The notes under the pieces are model-generated. The model had not been told where the DNA came from, did not search any database, and was given only the letters and a program-made list of their open reading frames with translations. Shown piece after piece: positions 15,426 to 23,072 of a stretch of 49,440 bases of DNA (positions within the stretch are counted from its first letter, which is position 1; every line of letters begins with the position of its first letter). The stretch lies in IMG/VR virus record IMGVR_UViG_3300009446_000003, positions 1-49,440 of that record; one strand, given 5' to 3'. A program made the position numbers and the translations under genes. This DNA comes from a virus.

Positions 15426-15845
15426 TTAATCTTCAGATTTTGACGCTGTTAATATTTCGGTTTTTATTTCCATTTGCTTAAACGCTTCTTTTATATTTAT
15501 TCCGTTATTCTGAAAATCACCACCTGTACAGTCAAAAACAACCGTCATGCCTTCTTTTTTTGGCTGTTCTCCATATAGTCCAGTAAGATCATGCCAACCT
15601 TTGCATACAAAGGCTTTTTTGTATTTGGCGCGGTACTTCTTTCGTTTCCCTTTGCCTTTATATATTAAATACAATTCGCTTTTAAATCCATTAGATTTTA
15701 ATCTTTCTCGTCCATGTTCAAATAGCCATATGTGAGTACGACTTACAATCTCCATAGAATTTTGAACTACTAATGTAGCTTTTATTTTTTTTGGTAAAAC
15801 TATCTTGTATGTTGAGGGTATAAAGTAATCTGTTACGGCATTCAT
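15426..15845 (-). CDS. Hypothetical protein (P-cassette driven)
   Basis: 139-aa ORF starting directly after ...TTTATATCAAT-ATG. Confidence 0.55.
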   Translation of the reverse strand: MNAVTDYFIPSTYKIVLPKKIKATLVVQNSMEIVSRTHIWLFEHGRERLKSNGFKSELYLIYKGKGKRKKYRAKYKKAFVCKGWHDLTGLYGEQPKKEGMTVVFDCTGGDFQNNGINIKEAFKQMEIKTEILTASKSED

Positions 15846-15940
15846 ATTGATATAAAGTTTTAAAGGTTGTGCGACTAATCGCTAATGTATATCAAAGATA
15901 ATATAAATTTTATAAACAAACAAATATTTGTTTGTTTGTT
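15846..15940 (-). promoter_or_regulatory. P cassette copy 5 (palindrome 15914-15937; GCGA..TCGC hairpin variant)
   Basis: Near-identical promoter/operator/leader sequence. Confidence 0.65.
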
Positions 15941-15950
15941 TAAAAATAAA

Positions 15951-15984
15951 ATAGGGTAGCGATTTTTTAAAAAAGCTACCCTAT
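15951..15984 (-). terminator. Hairpin terminator ATAGGGTAGC-N14-GCTACCCTAT
   Basis: 10-bp perfect stem after the stop of 15989..16318, followed by TTTATTTTTA on the minus strand. Confidence 0.6.
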
Positions 15985-15988
15985 TACA

Positions 15989-16318
15989 TTATACAACAAC
16001 CTTTAAATTATCATATTTTTTTTGTTTGGCTATTGAATGCGGAACAGTTCGCCATGTAAACTCTAATTCTTCGCACATTTCAATCAAGGCTTTAAATGAT
16101 GTGGCTCGTATTTTCTGCCATTTAGTTTTATGTATTTCGTAAACAGTTGTTTTTATCCCTGTTTTCCTAATACATTCCTGAAAAAAAAGACTGGATTTTT
16201 CGTTTGATTTTGTTTCATTCAAACACTTTCCATTTGAATCACAAACAAAATATTTTTTAGATTCCGCGTTATGTTCGCGTGTATATCCTGCTAGATTTGA
16301 AAGTTTTAAATTTCTCAT
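15989..16318 (-). CDS. Hypothetical protein
   Basis: 109-aa ORF downstream of 16389..17072 with no P cassette of its own. Confidence 0.5.
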   Translation of the reverse strand: MRNLKLSNLAGYTREHNAESKKYFVCDSNGKCLNETKSNEKSSLFFQECIRKTGIKTTVYEIHKTKWQKIRATSFKALIEMCEELEFTWRTVPHSIAKQKKYDNLKVVV

Positions 16319-16348
16319 TAATTTTTAAGATTTTAAGATTTTAAGATT

Positions 16349-16375
16349 GACCATTCAGAAAAAATCTGAATGGTC
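16349..16375. other. Intercistronic hairpin GACCATTCAGA-N5-TCTGAATGGTC next to three TAAGATTT repeats (16326-16349)
   Basis: 11-bp perfect stem. The T-run lies on the plus strand only, so it may stop antisense transcription or attenuate the operon. Confidence 0.4.
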
Positions 16376-16388
16376 ATTTTTTTTTAAT

Positions 16389-17072
16389 TTACCCCCATAA
16401 TTTAATAGCGGTTTCTAAATCTTTTGTAAGATTGTTAACCTTCTTTTTTGCGTAAGTTAATGAATAACTATGCTCCCTTGCAAGTGTGCCGTCTTTATAT
16501 CCCTCATGAATTTCTTTTGCATCTTCTAATTGATATTCGTAAAACTCTATACAAGCAGGCATGGAAAGGTTCATGTCGTTTACTTTACTTTCCCAATATT
16601 GCGCACGACTTTTGTAAGCTTCTGACTTTCTTGATTCTGCCACCATTTTATCCATGCGGTTCCAGTTCCTTTTTATCAAAGCCCTGTGCTTTTTTTCCGA
16701 GTGGTGACCAACTAGGATTGGCTGACCAAATGGAATAATGTCATGCCCTTCTTTTGATGCTTCCCATGCTTCTGTGCTTCTTTTACTTGCATTTTCAGAA
16801 TATCCGTTTAACTTTTCGGCTTTTTTCTTTGCGTATTCCTGTGAGTTAAAACCGTCCTGTCTAACAATCGAATAATAAAAAGAATCACTATCCGTGTAAA
16901 TTAAATTAAAAACTATGCATTCATGCTCTTTGCCGTATCTAGTTGTTAATGTGATAATGTCACCTTTGACATGTTCGCTGTGACACTTAGCTAAAAAAAC
17001 ATTTGGACAATATTTTTTATAAGTATTTTTCAATTCTGTACTTTCCGTACTTGTGTTTTTTAATGGATTCAT
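16389..17072 (-). CDS. DUF3560-like protein
   Basis: ...EKLNGYSENASKRS...FGQPILVGHHSEKKHRALIKR... matches the GQPILVGHHSE(R/K)(R/K)HR core that I associate with DUF3560 proteins of plasmids and ICEs. Confidence 0.65.
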   Translation of the reverse strand: MNPLKNTSTESTELKNTYKKYCPNVFLAKCHSEHVKGDIITLTTRYGKEHECIVFNLIYTDSDSFYYSIVRQDGFNSQEYAKKKAEKLNGYSENASKRSTEAWEASKEGHDIIPFGQPILVGHHSEKKHRALIKRNWNRMDKMVAESRKSEAYKSRAQYWESKVNDMNLSMPACIEFYEYQLEDAKEIHEGYKDGTLAREHSYSLTYAKKKVNNLTKDLETAIKLWG

Positions 17073-17170
17073 ATTAAAAATTAAGTTTTAAAGGTTACGC
17101 GGTTGATCCGCTAATGTATAACAAAGATAATCTAAATTTTATAAACAAACAAATATTTGTTTGTTTATTT
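17073..17170 (-). promoter_or_regulatory. P cassette copy 6 (palindrome 17143-17166)
   Basis: Near-identical promoter/operator/leader sequence. Confidence 0.65.
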
Positions 17171-17174
17171 TTAT

Positions 17175-17831
17175 TTATTCATAGATGGATTGGCATGGCA
17201 ATGCTTCAAATTCTGCTTTGTTTGGACTCAAAACATATCTTTTTTTGTTTAGGCAATACTCCAAACCTAAATTTAATAAATACGCTGTATCTTCAAAGAA
17301 AACATTTCTACTATATGCATTTGTACAAAAATTAACAAAATCATCTTTTTGGTATTTGTTGTATGTTCGCATCATTTCCACATTATCAGGATAGAAGTTA
17401 TTAAACTCGTTAATGTAATCATATGTGTTTGAAATGTATTCTTTTAGCTCCTTAGAAAATTCTTTTAGAGTTGATTTGCATGGCAATGCATCAAAATCAC
17501 ATTGCCATATTTCCAATAAATAACGCTCGTTAATATCACAAAAATTTATATTTGAATCAATTAGATTTGCAATATTTTTAAAATCAATATTTCTTATATA
17601 TGCTTTTGTGCAAAAATCAACAAAGTCATCTTTTTGAATACCTACTAAAATACTAGCTCGACAATCATAATTATCTATGTAATCATAAACGTCTTTTATG
17701 TATTGATCTAAAGCATTATCATAAGTAAAATTACCCTCTGTATGTATTGTTACGCTTCTTTGTGTGTCACTTGTAATGTTAAGCGTGTATTGAGTCAAAC
17801 CTATTTGATTTGTATTTGATATTAAAGTCAT
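17175..17831 (-). CDS. Hypothetical protein with an internal two-fold repeat (DDFV(D/N)FCT(K/N)AY...FEALPC(K/Q)S)
   Basis: 218-aa ORF starting directly after ...CTTATATCAAT-ATG. Two ~95-aa homologous halves are visible. Confidence 0.55.
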   Translation of the reverse strand: MTLISNTNQIGLTQYTLNITSDTQRSVTIHTEGNFTYDNALDQYIKDVYDYIDNYDCRASILVGIQKDDFVDFCTKAYIRNIDFKNIANLIDSNINFCDINERYLLEIWQCDFDALPCKSTLKEFSKELKEYISNTYDYINEFNNFYPDNVEMMRTYNKYQKDDFVNFCTNAYSRNVFFEDTAYLLNLGLEYCLNKKRYVLSPNKAEFEALPCQSIYE

Positions 17832-17951
17832 ATTGATATAAGGTTTTAAAGGTTACGCGGTTGATCCGCTAATGTATAACAAAGATAATCTAGATTATCT
17901 TTGTTATACATTAGCGATTAGTCGCACAACATTTTAAACCTTTATATCAAT
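17832..17951. promoter_or_regulatory. P cassettes 7 and 8 fused back-to-back (divergent), containing a 50-bp perfect palindrome 17867-17916 and no AAAC operator
   Basis: Left leader (GCGG..CCGC variant) drives 17831<-; right leader (GCGA..TCGC variant) drives ->17952. The two TATCTTTG boxes are 8 bp apart. Confidence 0.65.
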
Positions 17952-18173
17952 ATGGATTTATCACAACAAATACAGGAACTAGAAAAAAATTGGGACAATG
18001 AAAATTGCAAAAAACTATACAGAGATTTAACCGACTTTTCAATAATTCCAAATGTAGAATTGAAAAAATTGAAATTAGTTTTTAATAGAAATCAATTTAT
18101 AAATAGTTACGGATTGGAGCAAATACAAAGAAAGTACAGTACTGAAGTTTTTAATAAAGTGTATCCAGTATAG
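17952..18173 (+). CDS. Hypothetical small protein (P-cassette driven)
   Basis: 73-aa ORF directly after ...TTTATATCAAT-ATG. Confidence 0.5.
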   Translation: MDLSQQIQELEKNWDNENCKKLYRDLTDFSIIPNVELKKLKLVFNRNQFINSYGLEQIQRKYSTEVFNKVYPV

Positions 18174-18179
18174 TAATAT

Positions 18180-18212
18180 ATATCCAGTAGTGCAATTTGT
18201 ACTACTGGATAT
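18180..18212 (+). terminator. Hairpin terminator ATATCCAGTAGT-N9-ACTACTGGATAT
   Basis: 12-bp perfect stem 7 nt after the stop codon; inverted copy of 15387-15419. Confidence 0.65.
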
Positions 18213-18215
18213 TAA

Positions 18216-18385
18216 AAATTTTGCCTATGGTGTAAGTGTTGACAGAATTTTGTAGCAAGATACGGACTATTTTTAAGATAAACAAACATTTGTTTATTTA
18301 TTTTAAATTATTTTTCAATGTGGACGGAATTTTGTAGCAAGATACGAACAAATTTTAAAACAAACAAACATTTGTTTATTTATTT
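18216..18385 (-). repeat. Two tandem R modules (inverted relative to 13211-13380)
   Basis: Cores at 18236-18277 and 18318-18360: (G/A)TGT(T/G)GAC(A/G)GAATTTTGTAGCAAGATACG(G/A)AC... Confidence 0.7.
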
Positions 18386-18414
18386 TAAAGGAAACTTGAA
18401 TTAAATATTTTTTG

Positions 18415-18513
18415 CAAAACAAACAAACAAATATTTGTTTGTTTGTAAAATTTGAATTATCTTTGATATACATTAGCGATTAGTCGCACAACCTTTAAAA
18501 AATTTATATCAAT
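18415..18513 (+). promoter_or_regulatory. P cassette copy 9: palindrome 18421-18444, TTTG(18434-18437)-N20-TATCTTTG(18458-18465), GCGA..TCGC leader hairpin
   Basis: Exact Bacteroidota -33/-7 geometry, with the -33 box inside the right palindrome arm. Confidence 0.7.
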
Positions 18514-18885
18514 ATGGTAGGTAGTGAATATGTTAAGAGAAATGATAAATCTATAACTTGCAAAGTTTTAGATACAATTAAAATTGGATTCGATGACGGA
18601 TTTAAATGTAAGATAAAAGATATTGAATACAAAACCGAAAAGATACAGAATCATCTAAAACGCGATTTTAACGATGTTTGGCAGCCTTTAATTTTCGTAA
18701 AGATACCATGCACTTGTATTGGATACGCCAACGAATACAGTATCTTTTTAAATGAATCAATTATAAAAATATACCAAAAAGGATTAACGGAAATTGCATA
18801 TAAATTATATTGTACCGACCCCATGCAAAAAGAAACAATATTAACGATTGAAGATTTTATTAAAACAATGAGATTGTTTAAGTAA
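18514..18885 (+). CDS. Hypothetical protein (P-cassette driven)
   Basis: 123-aa ORF directly after ...TTTATATCAAT-ATG. Confidence 0.55.
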   Translation: MVGSEYVKRNDKSITCKVLDTIKIGFDDGFKCKIKDIEYKTEKIQNHLKRDFNDVWQPLIFVKIPCTCIGYANEYSIFLNESIIKIYQKGLTEIAYKLYCTDPMQKETILTIEDFIKTMRLFK

Positions 18886-18888
18886 AGC

Positions 18889-18937
18889 AAACTACCAATA
18901 TCTGTAATAAAAAATTCAGTTATTGGTAGTTTTTTTT
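18889..18937 (+). terminator. Rho-independent terminator (AAACTACCAATA...TATTGGTAGTTT followed by a T-run)
   Basis: 12-bp outer stem plus a 3-bp inner stem; T-run through 18937. Confidence 0.8.
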
Positions 18938-18939
18938 AT

Positions 18940-19095
18940 ATTTGCAATGTGGACAGAACTTTGTAGCAAGATACGAACTATTTTTAAAATAAACAAACAA
19001 ATAAACATTTATTTTAAATTATTTTTCAATGTGGACGGAATTTTGTAGCAAGATACGAACTATTTTTAATATAAACAAACAAATAAACATTTATT
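18940..19095 (-). repeat. Two tandem R modules upstream of 19116..19676
   Basis: Cores at 18947-18990 and 19029-19070: ATGTGGAC(A/G)GAA(C/T)TTTGTAGCAAGATACGAACTATTTTTAA. Confidence 0.7.
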
Positions 19096-19115
19096 TTTGA
19101 AATTAATCAAAACTT

Positions 19116-19676
19116 ATGAGTAACAAAAAATCAAATCTAAAGTCTTTAAAAAGGCTTGGGCTTATTAGACTATTCAAAAATACTAATTGGAAGCATAACG
19201 GCAAAGGGACCGCGTGTTATAAAGGATTTGGATACGGTCAGTACGAGCTAAAAGATAGGGCTAAGATAATGGGAATACCAGAAATTGATTTAGTTACAAA
19301 AAATCACTATGAGCAATGGGAAGGTGTAGAGGTCAAAATGATAAAGGGCGCATTTCATACATCTATAGAAATATCTAAAGAATTGATTGATGATAATAGC
19401 TATAACCCACCAAGTAAAATTTTAAGAATAAAAAACCCTTCAAATAATCCGTTTATTGCATCGGTTTGTTTTCCAGATTTGGAATTGATATTCACAAATA
19501 TTGTTACACAAAATCAAGTTAGTAAAGATTTGATATTTTCGCAACTAGACATAACAACAGGTAAATTTGATCCATATGTCAAGTTTAATCCTAGAGTGTT
19601 TTTGTATATTGACTATGTTAGTGATGTCGCTAAAAACGATCTTTTTTCAAATAAAAAACGATACAATTTAAAATAA
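19116..19676 (+). CDS. Hypothetical protein
   Basis: 186-aa ORF, last gene of the accessory island. Confidence 0.55.
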   Translation: MSNKKSNLKSLKRLGLIRLFKNTNWKHNGKGTACYKGFGYGQYELKDRAKIMGIPEIDLVTKNHYEQWEGVEVKMIKGAFHTSIEISKELIDDNSYNPPSKILRIKNPSNNPFIASVCFPDLELIFTNIVTQNQVSKDLIFSQLDITTGKFDPYVKFNPRVFLYIDYVSDVAKNDLFSNKKRYNLK

Positions 19677-19699
19677 ACAAATGTTTATTTGTTATTTGA

Positions 19700-19736
19700 A
19701 AAACCTTAGCAATTTAACGATTGTTAAGGTTTTTTT
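19700..19736 (+). terminator. Rho-independent terminator (AAAACCTTAGCAA-N8-TTGTTAAGGTTTT followed by a T-run)
   Basis: 13-bp stem (one G-T pair) followed by TTTTTT. Confidence 0.8.
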
Positions 19737-19819
19737 AGTATGTGGTATTTTTATTGTATTTTTGTAGTGAATACAAACAAACAAATAATTAAACATTTAT
19801 TTAAAATTTTAAACTAGAA

Positions 19820-21115
19820 ATGCCGCATACAACATTTAATTCTATTGAATTAAGTGACTACCAAAAAGGATTCTTGTATAATGACAAGCGGTTCACTGTA
19901 GTTGAAGCAAGCACAAAAGCTGGCAAGACACAGCCATGTATACTTTGGTTACTTCAAACGGCTTTAAATGCTAATCCAGTACTGAATTATGATGATGTTG
20001 ATGGTAAGAACTTTTGGTGGGTAGCCCCTGTTTATTCTCAGGCTAGAATTGCCTTCAGGAGAATGAAGAAAATAGTTAAAAAAATAAAAGGCTTCAGTTT
20101 CCGAAAAATGGAAATTGAAACCCCTTTGGGTTCTATAATAACATTTAAGTCAGCAGAAAAACCTGACAATCTTTTTGGAGAAGATGTATATGCTTGTGTT
20201 TTCGATGAATACAGTAGAGCTAGGAAAGAAGCATGGAATGCAATTTACTCTACTCTAACGGCAACAAAAGGAGTAATCAAGGCAATAGGAAACTATAAAG
20301 GTCTTAACAATTGGGGGCATAAACTAATGTTAAAGGCACAAAAAGACGATAGGTATTACCATGCTATTATAACGGCTTGGGATGCAGTAGAAGCTGGCAT
20401 ATTAGAAAGGCAAATAATTGAAGATGCGCAAAGCGACTTGCACCCTGACGAATTTAATGCGCTATATCTTTGCAAAGGCTCAATTGACGATCTTCGATTG
20501 TTCATGATGAAATGGATTAATAAAGTTTTTGGCAAGAAGAAAAGCAATAGAACAGGTGAGTATTTTATAACGGCAGATTTGGCGTTTGATGGTTCGGATT
20601 TATTGGTTATCGGCATTTGGGATGGATTGAATTGTTTTGAAATAAATACTTTCAAAAAGTCAAGCGGAAGAAAAATAAAGAAATTGATTAACAAATATGC
20701 AAATAAATACAATGTTAGTGAGGGGAATATTGTTTATGATGCAGATGGTGGGGGCATGGGGCTAAGTGGAATACTAAAAGGAAAGAAATTTAAAAACGGA
20801 AAGAAAGCAGTTAACAATGAGGATTTTGTAAATTTGAAAGCAGAATGCATTTACAAGTTAGCTGAATTGATGAAAAAAGGAAAGATAACAGTTTGCAAAA
20901 AGTACAGAGATCAAATCTCTGAAGAAATGGAATACATAAGAAAAGTTTATGATAGAAAAGACAGATTAGGAGTAAATAAAAAGTCAGAACTCAGAAAAAT
21001 AATAGGTCGTTCAACGGACTTTCTGGACATGCTTTACATGAGAATGATATTTTTATTAGAACCCGAAATTGATGTTTCTTTTGAAAAGATAAGTACGGGT
21101 ATATTTAAAAGATAA
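19820..21115 (+). CDS. terL: Terminase large subunit
   Basis: Walker A VEASTKAGKTQ, Walker B YACVFDEYS, nuclease-domain acidic motifs ITADLAFDGSD and IVYDADGGGMG. First gene of the morphogenesis block. Confidence 0.85.
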   Translation: MPHTTFNSIELSDYQKGFLYNDKRFTVVEASTKAGKTQPCILWLLQTALNANPVLNYDDVDGKNFWWVAPVYSQARIAFRRMKKIVKKIKGFSFRKMEIETPLGSIITFKSAEKPDNLFGEDVYACVFDEYSRARKEAWNAIYSTLTATKGVIKAIGNYKGLNNWGHKLMLKAQKDDRYYHAIITAWDAVEAGILERQIIEDAQSDLHPDEFNALYLCKGSIDDLRLFMMKWINKVFGKKKSNRTGEYFITADLAFDGSDLLVIGIWDGLNCFEINTFKKSSGRKIKKLINKYANKYNVSEGNIVYDADGGGMGLSGILKGKKFKNGKKAVNNEDFVNLKAECIYKLAELMKKGKITVCKKYRDQISEEMEYIRKVYDRKDRLGVNKKSELRKIIGRSTDFLDMLYMRMIFLLEPEIDVSFEKISTGIFKR

Positions 21116-21139
21116 ATAAACAAACAAATATTTAAAAAT

Positions 21140-23065
21140 ATGGCTAAGAATAAAATAAAGAATGCACCAAAAAAATCTAGTTCAAATTCTGGTTTTTTAA
21201 AATTCCTAATAGAGAATGCACTTATACCTCAATCAACAAACAAAAATTCATTTTTTAAAATTGACAAATCTAAAAAAGAATTGAACGATTTTGAAAAATG
21301 CATTAAAATTAGCAATATATGGACTTCGCTTGCAACAGTTAAAAACGTAGGCAAAGAAGGGTTTGAGAGTGATTGGCTTAAATCAATGTTTCCCAGCATA
21401 ACAACATCGGTTGTGTTGGAATCTCCTGACAAAATAAATGCAATTGCTTCTGAACTAGAACAAATAAATTTAATACCTAGAGTAAATACTTGTACACCTG
21501 TTTCAACTACAACCGAAGCAAAACTAAAAGAGCTTACATCTAAGTTGGCAATACAAACAAATGGTGATAGCTTGAAAGACAACCTAATGTCTTACTTTAT
21601 TGATTTGAATATAAAAGACCCCAATGCATTTATATGGCTAAGAAAAAAGTATGATACTGGTATCCAATACCTAGAGTGTTATAAGTGTTCAGATGTTGTA
21701 GGAAAATTCTATGATTGTGGAGCATTGCAGTATGTTGTACTTAGAAAAAAAGTAAAATACAAAGGCAAGGATAATACTATTTACACATTGTTATCAGAAG
21801 GTTTTGATGTCATTCACCAAATAACAGAAGGTGACAATATACCAGAACAAACGAAAATAGAAGATTTACAAAAAATACTGGTTGAATCAGATGAATATAG
21901 TGAAACTGAAATTAGTACAATTATCATGGGTGGAGGTGGTAAGAAGTATCACCTTCAATCATTTCAAAGTGTTAGCTCTATAGAAGGTTGCTTTGCTGGA
22001 TTTGTAAAGTCTGATTACGAAAATATTTTCAATTCAATCATATCAACAGTTCACGGAAAAATAATAAATTACATATTAGCAGCAATTTGTTGGCAAAATC
22101 ATTTATCAATTCACGGATATGCTGAATTGAATCAATATTCAATAGAATGCAGTCATGAAATTAAAGGAGGAAATGGAAAAAATAAGTATCATCATAAATG
22201 CAATGGTGGTGTTTTTAATGGTTCAGATTGCCCAGCTTGTGATGGTACTGGATATTCTGGAATGACTAAAAGCGAAACTGGTGTAACTCGTTATAAGTTG
22301 AAAAACATAAAAGACTTGGAGAAAATGCCCGACTTAAACAAAGTATCTTCTTACCGTCCAATACCTAAAGAAGTGCTTGAAATAAATAAGGAGAATTTTA
22401 ACAAGTATTGCGAGTCAATTGTTCCGTCATTTTTTGGTGCTGCTGATGCTGGAAAAGTTGACTTTTCGGACAAGCAAAAACATGGAAGTGACAAAACCGC
22501 TACTGAAATAATTGCTGGAAATGTCCAGCCAAAAAACAGGGTATTTTTCAAAATTGACAAAGCATTTACTAAAAAGTACAAGCATCTTGCAAAAGTAGCA
22601 GCAGCATACGAGGGAATAAAAGACGTAAATGTTTATTATGAAGAAATAAAAGACTACAACTTGGAATCAATGGCATTAATAAATGCAGCGTTGTCGAATG
22701 ATAACCTTACATTTGTTTCAAAAGCTGCATATGAAATAAAACTAATGACTATATTGTATGGAGTTGGAAGCATAGAAGTATCTAAGATTAAGATTATCAA
22801 CAACCTGAATCCTGTTAAGTATATGACTCAGGTACAGTTAAACTCTCTTATTCCAACGCTTGAAGATAATGACAGGCTTTTGATTGCATATACTAATTTT
22901 CATCCTATAATAGACGAACTATTTTCAAGTGATAAATTTATGGATAAATCTGAATCTGAACAGGTAAAGGATTTCAATAAAAAAGTCAATGAGTTGGTTG
23001 AGAAAGCAAATGTAATTAAAAAGTCCAATAATGAAAAAAAGAATTTTATTAGATCAAATAAATAA
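21140..23065 (+). CDS. Putative portal protein (contains a DnaJ-like CxxCxGxG zinc-finger insert)
   Basis: 641 aa, immediately downstream of terL and upstream of the Mu-F-like gene (conserved synteny). I recognise no portal motif by eye. Confidence 0.5.
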   Translation: MAKNKIKNAPKKSSSNSGFLKFLIENALIPQSTNKNSFFKIDKSKKELNDFEKCIKISNIWTSLATVKNVGKEGFESDWLKSMFPSITTSVVLESPDKINAIASELEQINLIPRVNTCTPVSTTTEAKLKELTSKLAIQTNGDSLKDNLMSYFIDLNIKDPNAFIWLRKKYDTGIQYLECYKCSDVVGKFYDCGALQYVVLRKKVKYKGKDNTIYTLLSEGFDVIHQITEGDNIPEQTKIEDLQKILVESDEYSETEISTIIMGGGGKKYHLQSFQSVSSIEGCFAGFVKSDYENIFNSIISTVHGKIINYILAAICWQNHLSIHGYAELNQYSIECSHEIKGGNGKNKYHHKCNGGVFNGSDCPACDGTGYSGMTKSETGVTRYKLKNIKDLEKMPDLNKVSSYRPIPKEVLEINKENFNKYCESIVPSFFGAADAGKVDFSDKQKHGSDKTATEIIAGNVQPKNRVFFKIDKAFTKKYKHLAKVAAAYEGIKDVNVYYEEIKDYNLESMALINAALSNDNLTFVSKAAYEIKLMTILYGVGSIEVSKIKIINNLNPVKYMTQVQLNSLIPTLEDNDRLLIAYTNFHPIIDELFSSDKFMDKSESEQVKDFNKKVNELVEKANVIKKSNNEKKNFIRSNK

Positions 23066-23072
23066 ATAAATA

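Noticed and set aside
15547-17394. Plus-strand ORFs 15547..15735, 16448..16738, 17114..17335 and 17185..17394
   Set aside because: They are antisense to longer minus-strand genes that start precisely at P-cassette leaders. They have no leaders or promoters of their own.
17175-17831. ArdA-type anti-restriction protein
   Set aside because: The acidic, Tyr/Asp-rich duplicated sequence prompted the idea, but I could not align the characteristic ArdA motifs. Left as hypothetical.
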